From assembly GCA_965197745.1 (NCBI GenBank), contig CBDANS010000006.1:736001-800000 (forward strand): 64,000 bases of DNA, read 5' to 3'. A model generated the notes under the pieces. It saw only the letters and a program-made list of their open reading frames with translations. It was not told the origin of the DNA and did no database searches. The position numbers and the translations under genes are program-made. Every line of letters starts with the position of its first letter. Within the stretch, counting starts at the first letter, position 1. This document shows positions 1 through 9,020 of this stretch, piece after piece. The stretch comes from Opitutales bacterium (GTDB lineage Bacteria; Verrucomicrobiota; Verrucomicrobiia; Opitutales; PNEW01).

Positions 1-2
1 GA

Positions 3-542
3 GCGGCGGAAATCGGGGGATTTGTCAGCCTCGACAATACGAGCGACAAATTCCATGAGCTGATGATCCGCTGGTACCAGTACGGCGTTTTTACCCCAAT
101 TTTTAGGACGCACAGTGTGCGACCTAACAATGAAGCCTGGACTGTAGGAGGCGACACCTATCGGCACATCAGGGCTGCAATATTTCTCAGAGAGCGACTG
201 CGCCCCTACGTGATGGAGCAAATGAAGGTGGCCTCGGAAAAAGGAATCCCGCCAATGCGCCCATTGTTCTTTGACTTTGAAAAGGATCCCGTTGCTGGAG
301 AAATAGAAGACCAGTATTTCTTTGGTCCCGATCTCCTGGTGGCTCCTGTTACCCGATATGAGATACGCAGCCGGGAGGTATATCTCCCGACCGGAACCGA
401 TTGGACTGATGCCTGGACCGGCAAGACGCAACCGGGTGGTCAGAAAATCGAAGCGGACGCGCCGATTGAACAGATTCCCGTGTTCGTGCGCGGTAACAAT
501 GCCGAGCTGGTCCGCTTATTCGATAACCTTTACGAGGAGTAG
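3..542 (+). CDS. GH31 glycoside hydrolase (alpha-xylosidase/glucosidase-like), C-terminal part; runs off window start
   Basis: Open frame from 3: EIGGF...ELMIRWYQYGVFTPIFRTH, PPMRPLFFDF, QYFFGPDLLVAPV, VYLPTGTDW, APIEQIPVFVR are GH31 C-terminal motifs. Confidence 0.9.
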   Translation, partial: AAEIGGFVSLDNTSDKFHELMIRWYQYGVFTPIFRTHSVRPNNEAWTVGGDTYRHIRAAIFLRERLRPYVMEQMKVASEKGIPPMRPLFFDFEKDPVAGEIEDQYFFGPDLLVAPVTRYEIRSREVYLPTGTDWTDAWTGKTQPGGQKIEADAPIEQIPVFVRGNNAELVRLFDNLYEE

Positions 543-579
543 CGAATTACATAGTGCAGAAAGTCAGTTCCAACTAATG

Positions 580-586
580 GTTAGCA
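580..586 (-). other. R'' box of a truncated attC of the GNAT cassette
   Basis: TGCTAAC on - strand just after the GNAT stop; 6/7 complementary to the cassette-opening GTTAGCC (1043-1049); rest of attC not recognisable. Confidence 0.45.
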
Positions 587-603
587 GACGTCACTACCTT
601 CTA

Positions 604-1026
604 TTATAATTTAAACGAATACATCACCGACTCTTCCGCTTCGCCCCCTACGGAGGCATAAAGCCGGTTAGCTGCGTCATTGCTACTGCCTGTCAGCACC
701 CATGCTTCAAGGCAGCCATGGTCACGACCCACCGCTAGCGTCGTCCTAATCAGTGACTTCCCAATACCTCGGCCCCTTTGGGTCGGAGCCACTCCGACTT
801 CATTGAGCCACAATTCCGGTTGTGCCTTGTCCGGATGTAAATACCGTACTGCCGAAACAAAGCCCACCACTATGCCATCATCGAGTGCGATAATCAGATG
901 GTGGTTCTCATCCTTCAGAAACTGCTCACTCATTCGAGGAATAAGCGGATCATCAAATACGCCGGACGCCACACGCGTGAGAACACTGATTTCGTCGAAC
1001 TGCAGTTCTTTAATCTGGAGATTCAT
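604..1026 (-). CDS. GNAT family N-acetyltransferase (cassette ORF)
   Basis: Acetyl-CoA motif VGVAPTQRGRGIG and NDAANRLY. Confidence 0.9.
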   Translation of the reverse strand: MNLQIKELQFDEISVLTRVASGVFDDPLIPRMSEQFLKDENHHLIIALDDGIVVGFVSAVRYLHPDKAQPELWLNEVGVAPTQRGRGIGKSLIRTTLAVGRDHGCLEAWVLTGSSNDAANRLYASVGGEAEESVMYSFKL

Positions 1027-1042
1027 TCTCTGTATTACTATC

Positions 1043-1112
1043 GGCTAACTGACACTGAAGCGCAACAGCAACCTTAGGTGTTAACTGTCGCTTTGAGTCA
1101 GGATGGTTCGTG
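1043..1112 (-). other. attC-like integron recombination site
   Basis: - strand CACGAAC...imperfect hairpin (AAAGCGACAGTTAAC/GTTGCTGTTGCGCTT)...GTTAGCC, 70 bp, overlapping the ankyrin stop. Confidence 0.6.
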
Positions 1113-1922
1113 GGAACGCAAAACTGAGATGATGTTCTTATTGTCCTTCGCCTTGGCGTGATCTAATGCCGTCTTACCTTGAGCATCGGTTGCATTGATA
1201 TCCGCTCCGGCTTTAAGTAAGATCTGGGTCACTTCGCTACAGTCATTCCCCTGGGTGGCATTCATAATCAGGGGCGTGACTCCAAAGAACTCGGAATCCT
1301 TCTTGATATTGCGCGCGTTTACGTTGGCTCCCTTTTCCAGAAGCAACCTGGCGGTGGCAGGTTCGTGCTCCGATGCCCATTGTAACGGTTTGCCGCCATA
1401 ACAGTTAATCTCGTCCGCTTCAATGTCAGCGCCCGCATCAAGAAGAATCTCTACAATCTCCACATAACCGTTATGCGCGGGCCAATGGAGAGGCGTGTCG
1501 CCAATCCAACCACGCTGGTGAACAGCAAGCGGGTCCCGTTCAATGTGCTCGCGAACAAGATCCGTCCAGCCCGACCGGGCGGCCAGATTGATCGTCACCC
1601 CCAGTTGATTTGTTCCTCCTGCTTTGTCTGGAATCTCATTTAGAAAATAATCAACAACAGATGGATGCTTGTTCCATTCTGCAATGACCACGGGCGGATA
1701 GGTAGCCAACGGATTTGAGTAGACTTCCGCCCCAAGCTCTACCAGGAACCGGACAATCTCCAGATGGCCATGCTTGGCAGCGCAATGCAACGCCGAAAGC
1801 TCATCCCACTTCTCTTTATCTTTGTTTTTGACGTGAATCAAATCGGGGCACTCATCGAGACGCCGCGTAACCTCACTGATGTCCCCCTCTTCAATTGCCG
1901 GATACAGCGATTGTAATTCCAT
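1098..1922 (-). CDS. Ankyrin repeat protein (cassette ORF)
   Basis: Repeats SALHCAAKHGHLEIVRFLVELGA, GDTPLHWPAHNGYVEIVEILLDAGADI, GKTALDHA. Confidence 0.92.
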   Translation of the reverse strand: MELQSLYPAIEEGDISEVTRRLDECPDLIHVKNKDKEKWDELSALHCAAKHGHLEIVRFLVELGAEVYSNPLATYPPVVIAEWNKHPSVVDYFLNEIPDKAGGTNQLGVTINLAARSGWTDLVREHIERDPLAVHQRGWIGDTPLHWPAHNGYVEIVEILLDAGADIEADEINCYGGKPLQWASEHEPATARLLLEKGANVNARNIKKDSEFFGVTPLIMNATQGNDCSEVTQILLKAGADINATDAQGKTALDHAKAKDNKNIISVLRSHEPS

Positions 1923-1957
1923 CCTTCGATAGTCTCCTCTATTACTTTATTCTATAG

Positions 1958-2024
1958 TTCGAACATCACGCTGGAGTTGAGCTGCTGGTCTGGCAGGTGG
2001 GACCGCTCCAACGTCATGTCAGGC
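1958..2024 (-). other. attC-like integron recombination site
   Basis: - strand GCCTGAC-atgac-GTTGGAG...CTCCAGC-gtgat-GTTCGAA; outer stem 12/14 complementary; overlaps the VOC stop. Confidence 0.65.
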
Positions 2025-2393
2025 TTCATCTTTGCTGACTTCCTGACGAAGCTCAAATCCATTGCCCTCAGAATCAAAGAAAGAGGCAACGCGAACGGGC
2101 ACGAAATCATCAGCTTCTCGCAATTCTCGCAGTTTACCTCCATTCGCTTCGATCCGTTCCTGAAAAGCCTCGATGGAATCGACGAGGAGATTCAGGCCTG
2201 CGTTTGGAAGTGTATGTTCATCGACATGTTCCGGTGCCAATATGTGTAGCGCCAGTTGAAACACATCGAATTGAAAAGTGGACCACCCGGGGGATTCGAA
2301 AGAAAGTGGCACGTCGAAAACGTTTTTATAGAAATTAATCGCCCGTTGCATATCGTGAATGTAGTGAATGATTAGAGGAGATGTAGCCTTCAT
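2019..2393 (-). CDS. VOC/glyoxalase family protein (cassette ORF; start likely ATG 2393)
   Basis: DMQRAINFYKNVF, VDSIEAFQERIEANGG, FFDSEGNGFEL; upstream track start lies beyond the cassette-opening GTTAAGC (2412-2418). Confidence 0.88.
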   Translation of the reverse strand: MKATSPLIIHYIHDMQRAINFYKNVFDVPLSFESPGWSTFQFDVFQLALHILAPEHVDEHTLPNAGLNLLVDSIEAFQERIEANGGKLRELREADDFVPVRVASFFDSEGNGFELRQEVSKDEA

Positions 2394-2916
2394 CGCAGAT
2401 TTGGAATTGACGCTTAACATTAGAACAGCCAACAGGTTTTCTAGGTAGTCTTCGTTATCGACAGGAGAAAGGCAACAGGTAAATCGTAATCAGTCGATTC
2501 AACAGCGTTACTTAACAATGCAAATTATAAAAACATCCGCTTCTCATAGCCTATCGAAATAAATTTTTGAAATTTTATACCGCTGAGCGGATTAGATCTG
2601 ATATATCAGCAGCTGAAAGAAATAGAAAGTTCCCTGTGAATCTCATACCTATTTGTATGCAGATTTAATTTTTAATGATATTCAACTCATATCACCAATT
2701 CCTTCACTTCAACGGCACCCAAGTCACGTGAGTAACCTGTTTGCCCTTGATTCATTTCTGTCCAGCCGGTAATCTATATCCATGAACTGGAGTTTGTCGT
2801 GCTTCGGCAGAAAAAACGACCGTGGGAGAAATCAAATTCCCTTCAGCAAGATAATACATGCTGTTAGCATGGCCGAATCCAATATTCAGGCTTTGATCAG
2901 GTAGTAGTCCGTCCTT

Positions 2917-3186
2917 ATGAAACGACAGAGAATTCTCTATTTGAACGCCGTGTCGAGGAGCTTGAGAGCCCCCGTCATTGGGTTTGCCGTCCACGAGCCG
3001 GTGGAGTCAGATGCCCCACAGATCGAAGCCGGCGCAGAGATGCCATACGAGACAGTGCACGGGGCGATCCTGGACGGCTGGCGGGTAGTCAGCTTCCCGG
3101 CCCAGCGAGCGGATGAAGATCCAGAAGCGGTCGGAGTGTTAGGCTATGAGTTCATTCTAGATCAGTTAGTGGATATCGATGGATAG
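2917..3186 (+). CDS. Small hypothetical protein overlapping the start of the PhyH gene
   Basis: 89-aa ORF with PYETVHGAILDGWRVVSFP; its stop overlaps the ATG at 3179. Confidence 0.7.
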   Translation: MKRQRILYLNAVSRSLRAPVIGFAVHEPVESDAPQIEAGAEMPYETVHGAILDGWRVVSFPAQRADEDPEAVGVLGYEFILDQLVDIDG

Positions 3187-4044
3187 AACCAACAACTCGA
3201 ATCTGTTAAATGACGACCAGATCGCATCGTTCATCATACTCGGGTATCACACATCGTTGAGCCAGACTTGGCACAGGGTTACAACGCCGAGATCTGCGAC
3301 AGCCTACGAGTGATGCCGGAAAACCCAGGTGAGCATATCGTCGAGGCGTTGCCAGCAATCTCTGTGGTCCTGGAGCACCCCTCGGTCGTCGGTACATTAA
3401 CCAGCCTGCTCGGTCCGGGCTTCGTCAAGGATCCGGGTGGGCACATTCACATGAACCCTCCCAAAACACGTGCCCAGCCCTGGCACCAGGACGAGCGTTT
3501 CGGGAGGGGTCACCAGGACAGGGATATCGATCACATCAAACACCTGATGCTGATGTATTTCCCACAGGACGTAACTGAAGACATGGGGCCCACTGTGTTG
3601 CTGCCAGGCAGTCAGAGGCGCGTTGCTGCGCCTGAAACTATGGTTACTCTTGTCAATTTAAAAGGCCAGGTGTTTTCGACTGTCAGCGCCGGTTCTGTCA
3701 TCCTGACCCATTCCGACATCTGGCATGCGGGTACGGGCAATCGAAGCGATCTGGTGCGCTACATGATCAAGTTCTCGTTCTCGAGAACCCAGGAGAATAC
3801 TGAACCGTCCTGGAATCACGACGCCGGGAATATTCCTGAGGTACGGATGCGGTTAGATAGCGAACACCCGTCGACACTTTCAAGAAATGAGTACGAGACC
3901 GACCATGCTCTCCGGGTAAGAACCTGGAACCACATCGCAGGAAATGCCGCCATGCCGCTTCGATCCGAGGGACACCTAGGAGGTCCCTGGCCAGTATCCG
4001 GAGGGGCTACGACAGCTTCTCGCAGAAGACGCGATAATCCCTGA
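3179..4044 (+). pseudogene. PhyH-family 2OG/Fe(II) dioxygenase, frameshifted near 3247-3253
   Basis: WHQD, MGPTVLLPGSQ, DIWHAG motifs; typical N-terminus MDRTNNSNLLNDDQIASFIILGYH from ATG 3179 is out of frame by an extra CA in CACACATC. Confidence 0.75.
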
Positions 4045-4109
4045 TGGAGACAAACGTGGCTACGAATTTTAAATGACTGACGTGGATAATGAAGATCTTC
4101 AACTTCCAA

Positions 4110-4155
4110 TTTTAAATCTTCAAATCCTTAACCTTAAATCCTGTAACCTTTAACC
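4110..4155. repeat. Degenerate ~7-nt tandem repeat (TTAAATC/TTAACCT type)
   Basis: tttaaatcttcaaatccttaaccttaaatcctgtaacctttaacc between convergent genes. Confidence 0.5.
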
Positions 4156-4179
4156 GTCGCCGAAAGCGCGTTTTCAGGA

Positions 4180-5367
4180 TTACTCGACTTTTGCTTCCAG
4201 CGTGATGGACGCGGTCCGCTTGGGCTTGGTGAGGGCATTCAGAACCTCGAATTCAAGCTCGATCTTTTCGACCTTGTTGCCGGTCTTGACTTGGAGTCGT
4301 TCTGTTGAATGTTGCGGAACTACGATAATGTCCGTATGCTCATAAAAGCTGTAATTGCTTTTGTTCCTTAAGTGAAAGTCTGCGTCTGAATAGTTTGTAA
4401 CGTTGACGCTCAGGATTTCCCGGTCTCCGTAGCTGGCGCCATGCAAAGATAGACTTGCTTCGAGTAGCGGACCCAGATGTTCGGCCCGTCCTATCAGCAT
4501 ATCTCTGAACCAGACTACGGTACGTCGCTCAAACATGGCTTCCTTGATGGATTCCATCGTTCTTTCCTCGGCAAAAACCAGGGTTACCGGGCGGTGGCCG
4601 CCCTTGTGTGGTTCGTATTCCCAGTCTATCAGGCCGTGAATGTCGGACACGCCGATGAGCGTTAAATCGTATTTAAGCGCGATCCGAAATGTCTCCTCCG
4701 AATAACTATCCCCATTTGCTATTTCGATCCCATGAAGCAGCCCCGCTTTCGCGTTCTTTCTGTGAAAGTCGGGCATGATGGTTATCCCGTTCGGGAAATG
4801 GGGTCTCCACCAGCTGTGGTCCCAGAATACGAATGCGCCTTGTTCGTTGGCGGCTTCAACTGCTTTCTGGGCAGGCCACTCATGCGCCTTGGTCCTGTAG
4901 GTTTCTGCATCCTGCGGTTCGTTTAGATCCGGAACGCTGACTAACGCGTTCGCATCCTTGATGAAGATAGCGTTCATATGGCTCGCCGGCGCACTTCGTG
5001 TGATCTCCACTCCGGGTACGACAATAAGATCGGATTTCTCCGCCGCACTGACTGCTTCTTCAAAGGCTCGATTGCGGTCAGGATGGGGAATGTCTTCGAG
5101 GTGAGGCTGGTATTCCAGGTGCTCGGTGATGGCCATCGCATCCAGTCCGTCTCGCAGAGCTTCAGCCACCCGTATGCGGGGCCAGACATGACCGTCGGAG
5201 AAGACCGAGTGCGTATGCGGATCAAGAATAATCGTCAAGTACTGGGTCGTGTCGGGAAAAGTGATCCTTCGGGCTTCGTCTTCGGGCGGGATATTCGCAC
5301 GACCGTGCCCGAATAACACGCTCGTCACTGTCATTGAGAATATTAGAAATATGATCGCTGTTTTCAT
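4180..5367 (-). CDS. Secreted PHP-domain phosphoesterase (Sb-PDE-like)
   Basis: Signal peptide; DPHTHSVFSDG, AITEH, GVEIT, SDIHG PHP motifs. Confidence 0.88.
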   Translation of the reverse strand: MKTAIIFLIFSMTVTSVLFGHGRANIPPEDEARRITFPDTTQYLTIILDPHTHSVFSDGHVWPRIRVAEALRDGLDAMAITEHLEYQPHLEDIPHPDRNRAFEEAVSAAEKSDLIVVPGVEITRSAPASHMNAIFIKDANALVSVPDLNEPQDAETYRTKAHEWPAQKAVEAANEQGAFVFWDHSWWRPHFPNGITIMPDFHRKNAKAGLLHGIEIANGDSYSEETFRIALKYDLTLIGVSDIHGLIDWEYEPHKGGHRPVTLVFAEERTMESIKEAMFERRTVVWFRDMLIGRAEHLGPLLEASLSLHGASYGDREILSVNVTNYSDADFHLRNKSNYSFYEHTDIIVVPQHSTERLQVKTGNKVEKIELEFEVLNALTKPKRTASITLEAKVE

Positions 5368-5456
5368 TTTCGACTCCTAACTGGGTTCAGATTATTTTGG
5401 TTTATCAGTCCCATAGGTTTCTGGCCAGAATAAAAAACCGTGGATTGACGCATACA

Positions 5457-5528
5457 TGTAATGCGAAACGGTATTAACTTCAATGGGTCAGCGATTAAGG
5501 AAAAATCCTTTATCCGCGTTTATATCCC
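5457..5528. repeat. 72-bp structured repeat, copy 1 (identical to 8913-8984)
   Basis: Exact match TGTAATGCGAAACGG...GTTTATATCCC; both copies preceded by AAACCGTGG. Confidence 0.9.
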
Positions 5529-5578
5529 AAATGGATTCTTGTGTAATATTAAGTGAATCTAATTGGATAAGAATTCAC

Positions 5579-5644
5579 TCACTCAATCGTCACTTCTTCT
5601 ACGCTCACGGTGATCTCCTCACCATTCTCGTTCACAAAGGTGAC
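5579..5644 (-). pseudogene. 3' remnant of a shared-C-terminal-domain gene
   Basis: Translates VTFVNENG/EEITVSVEEVTIE* (one frameshift), matching the ends of the 5729, 9021 and 21728 proteins. Confidence 0.75.
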
Positions 5645-5728
5645 GAGCGCTTACGCGCGTGTTATGTTTTAAGTTTTAGATGTTAGGTAACTTTACCTAA
5701 AACTTAACACTTAACACAAAACAATAGA

Positions 5729-8640
5729 TCACTCGATTGTGATTTCATCGACGGTGACGGTAATATCATCCCCATCCTCGTTAGCGAAAGTAGCACTGAT
5801 ACTCTGTGTCGGCTGAGGAGTATTATCGGATTTGAAGTTGTTCTGCGCAATCAAGGTCTCAAACCCGGGAGTCGTCGAACCACTCTCTGCAACTACGATC
5901 GAAGAATCGTTTGTCTGCGCCAAGTCTCCTCCCGTGATGCGCAACCCGGGGTTACCAGCAGGCACTGTAAAGGAACCATCTCCGAACAGAAGGTGTGGCA
6001 CTGCATCGCCACTGGCTTCGATATCGCCCACCGTTATCCGTACCGCGATAGGCACTCCGCGCGCGTCCACCCCTACCTTGCCGGTGCTTCCCGAAAAAAC
6101 AGTGTTGGACAGCTGCATTCCTCCAATCCCTGTGGAGTTGATCACTTCTACCAGGGTCACGTCCGCTTGTGCGTCATAGACCTGTCCTTCGGGGAAGAGG
6201 GCCTGGTTCACCGCGTTGATCCTTCCTACCGTGAAGATACTGAAGAAGGTACTGGAGTCAGCTCCATCGATGACCACGCTCGGTTTACCTGTCACGTACA
6301 TTACCTGCTGGTTATAACGCGGGGGCAGTGCCGCGGGTAAGAAAGTCGCCGCGTCCAGGGTTAAAGTAAATGTACCCGCTCCGAAGAATTCTACTTGGAC
6401 GATGTCTTCGTCTTCGTCCATGAAAGAAACTCGTGTAATCCGATTCTCTTTCGCCTGGAGCTGAATGGATTCTCCGGTGAGTAAAACCTGGTCGAAAATG
6501 TTACCGTTGGGATGTTGGATGTTCTCACCGGCGATATCACCTGAACCGTCGAGGATAAGGTCCACGACAGTAGATTCAAATAAAACAAAATTATGTCGGC
6601 CTCCAGCAGTAATTTCCGCAATGTTAGAAAATCCTTCAGGTATTGTAGCCTGGCTATCTGAGTTGTCACCCCATGCAATAATGCTACCCTCAGAATCTAA
6701 TGCGAGATTATGCCTAATACCTGCTGCAATAGAAAATACACTGGAGGCATTAAACTGAGCGGTATAACCCTGCTTGGATGGAGAATTGAATACAATCGGA
6801 ATGTCGAGTTGGCCTCGGTCATTACTTCCCCAAGCTATTATTGTGCTGTCTTCTTTCAAAGCTAAGCTGTGTGCTTTACCGGCAGCTATAGCCACCACAT
6901 TAGAAAGTCCCACTGGTACTGTTGCTTGACCCTCAACATTATAACCCCAAGCGACAACAGTACCACCTTCTATCAACGCTAATGCATGAGAACCACCGGC
7001 AGCGATCTTCACCACATCCTCAAGTCCCATGGGTAATACTGTTTGCCCGAAAATGTCGTTCCCCCAGGCCTCCACCGTACCATCTGCTTTTAAGGCAAGA
7101 CTGAAATCTCCTCCCCCCGCCACCTGTATGACATCAGAAAGACCTGCAGGCACAATTGATTGTCCGAATGTATTTCCACCCCAGGCAACTACGGTGCTAT
7201 CCTCTTTCAAGGCCAAGGTGTGAAAATAACCCGCTGCCACTGATATTACCTGGGAAAGATTTTCAGGAACCTGCAACTGACCGAAGCTATCTGATCCGAG
7301 TACTTCTACCGTACCGTCCGACCGTAAACCCACACTGTGTTCATCTCCAGCCACAACCTGAACCAGGTCGGTAAGTCCAGCGGAAATAGTTGCTTGCCCA
7401 GATTCGTCGTTGCCCCAAACTCCAATAGTATCTGTCGATCGTGACAGGTATCCGCTATCTATTCTAGAGACACCAAGGACATCTCCTAAGCTACCACTCT
7501 CAATCCAATAGTAGTAGGTTATATCCGGAAGTGCGGTCATATCATCGTAGACCTTTGTATCGAGATCAGCTTTCAACAAGACAGCATTTTCTCTTTCAGG
7601 CACGATATTCCTGTAAAGATTATCAGTTACGTCCAAGCCTGCTACTCCCACCCAGGCTATCTGAACTTTATCGGAGAAGGTGCCGTCGGTTGCTATCAGA
7701 AACTCATCATCGTCCTCATCGAATTCTTGAGTTCGATAGAAGACAACCGTATTAAAATCAGCAATCAAGTTGTTTATTACAGTCAATGAATCGGACCCAG
7801 CACTTAAGTCCAATAAGTTGCCATCCAGTTCAAGGTAGAGTAGATTGGACAATCCAGATAGAGGGCTAAGATCATTAATAGCGTTAAATGAAAGTCCAAG
7901 TGCATTCAGTTGAGTAAGACCAGCCAGGGGGTAATATCACTTATCTGATTCTTTGTAAGATCAAGGAATGAAAGGTTGGTTAAACCAGCCAATGGACTGA
8001 TATCACTGATCTGATTGTCGTAAAGCCATAGGAACTCCAGTTGGGTCAATCCGGCTAATGAACCGATATTACTGATTTGAGTTTCCTCAATAAATAATTC
8101 ACCCAATTCAGTTAAATCGCTCAACGCGCTAATTTCACTTATCTGATTCTTTGTAAGATCAAGGAATGAAAGGTTGGTTAAACCAGCCAACTGGCTGATA
8201 TCGCTGATTTGATTTCGCTCGAGTGTCAATTCTACCAACTCAATTAAACCGCTTAATGCACTGATATCACTGATCTGATTGCCGTAAAGATCCAGTTTCT
8301 CCAGTTTGGTCAATGCAGCCAATGGGCTGATATCACTAATCAGGTTTTCACCAAGTCCAAGGTTAGTAAGGTTAATAGCATGTTCAAGACCCGTTAAATC
8401 GGTAATTCCCAGATCAAACGCGTTGATACGAATCAATAACGCCATGTCCGTGTCTGTTATCGGCCCCTCGATGTTCGGTCCCTCCATGCCCTCGCCCTCA
8501 CGCTCGCCTGCGCGAATTGCAAGTTCCAGGTTCGGGTCTGGAATCGTTATGTCCACACCGTGCAATTCGGCGCATGCAAAAACCAATAACCAAAAAATAC
8601 CTGTAAGTAATATGACCGTTTTCATATCAGATGATACCAC
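5729..8640 (-). pseudogene. Secreted internalin-like LRR + RCC1-repeat protein with shared C-terminal domain; split by a 1-nt frameshift at 7927-7931
   Basis: ORFs 7906-8640 (signal peptide, LxLxxNQISDISPLAGL repeats) and 5729-7852 (RCC1 repeats AGxxHSLALKxDGTVxAWGxN, then HPNGNIFDQVLLTG domain); one extra C in C5 joins them as ITPLAGLTQLNALGLSFNAINDLSPLSGLSNL. Confidence 0.82.
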
Positions 8641-8772
8641 TCAAAGAGTTGGGTTAATGCAGCAGACAGCATTGCAAACGCTATACTCAGATGCAGATAA
8701 TATCAACGTTGCGGTCAAACTATGCATTATGATATTTTAATCTCTATCCTGCTTATCAGATAGTTTTGCATG

Positions 8773-8809
8773 CACCAGAAATGCACCGGGTAGAATTTAT
8801 AATTCATAA
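8773..8809. repeat. Junction repeat CACCAGAAATGCACCGGGT...ATAATTCATAA (copy at 24057-24093)
   Basis: Near-identical to 24057-24093; contains a direct TGCACC repeat; lies upstream of the tRNA-Lys 5' fragment. Confidence 0.75.
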
Positions 8810-8853
8810 ATCACAATTCATAATTCATCATTTTTCATTCATAATTTAATAGC

Positions 8854-8892
8854 GCCCTCCTAGCTCAATTTGGTAGAGCAGTTGACCCTTAA
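8854..8892 (+). pseudogene. 5'-half fragment of tRNA-Lys(CTT), ending at the anticodon loop
   Basis: GCCCTCCTAGCTCAATTTGGTAGAGCAGTTGACCCTTAA matches 28045-28083 with 2 substitutions, then diverges. Confidence 0.88.
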
Positions 8893-8912
8893 ACCGTGGG
8901 TTGAAGTATTGC

Positions 8913-8984
8913 TGTAATGCGAAACGGTATTAACTTCAATGGGTCAGCGATTAAGGAAAAATCCTTTATCCGCGTTTATATCCC
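8913..8984. repeat. 72-bp structured repeat, copy 2
   Basis: Identical to 5457-5528; hairpins TTGAAGT...ACTTCAA (with flank) and GCGATTAAGGA-AAAA-TCCTTTATCCGC. Confidence 0.9.
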
Positions 8985-9020
8985 TAATAGAGTCGTGAAC
9001 TGTGTTTAATAATATATCAC

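Noticed and set aside
8893..9020. Intron in tRNA-Lys
   Set aside because: No 3' tRNA half follows nearby and no group I core is evident; the 28045 copy has its own 5' half
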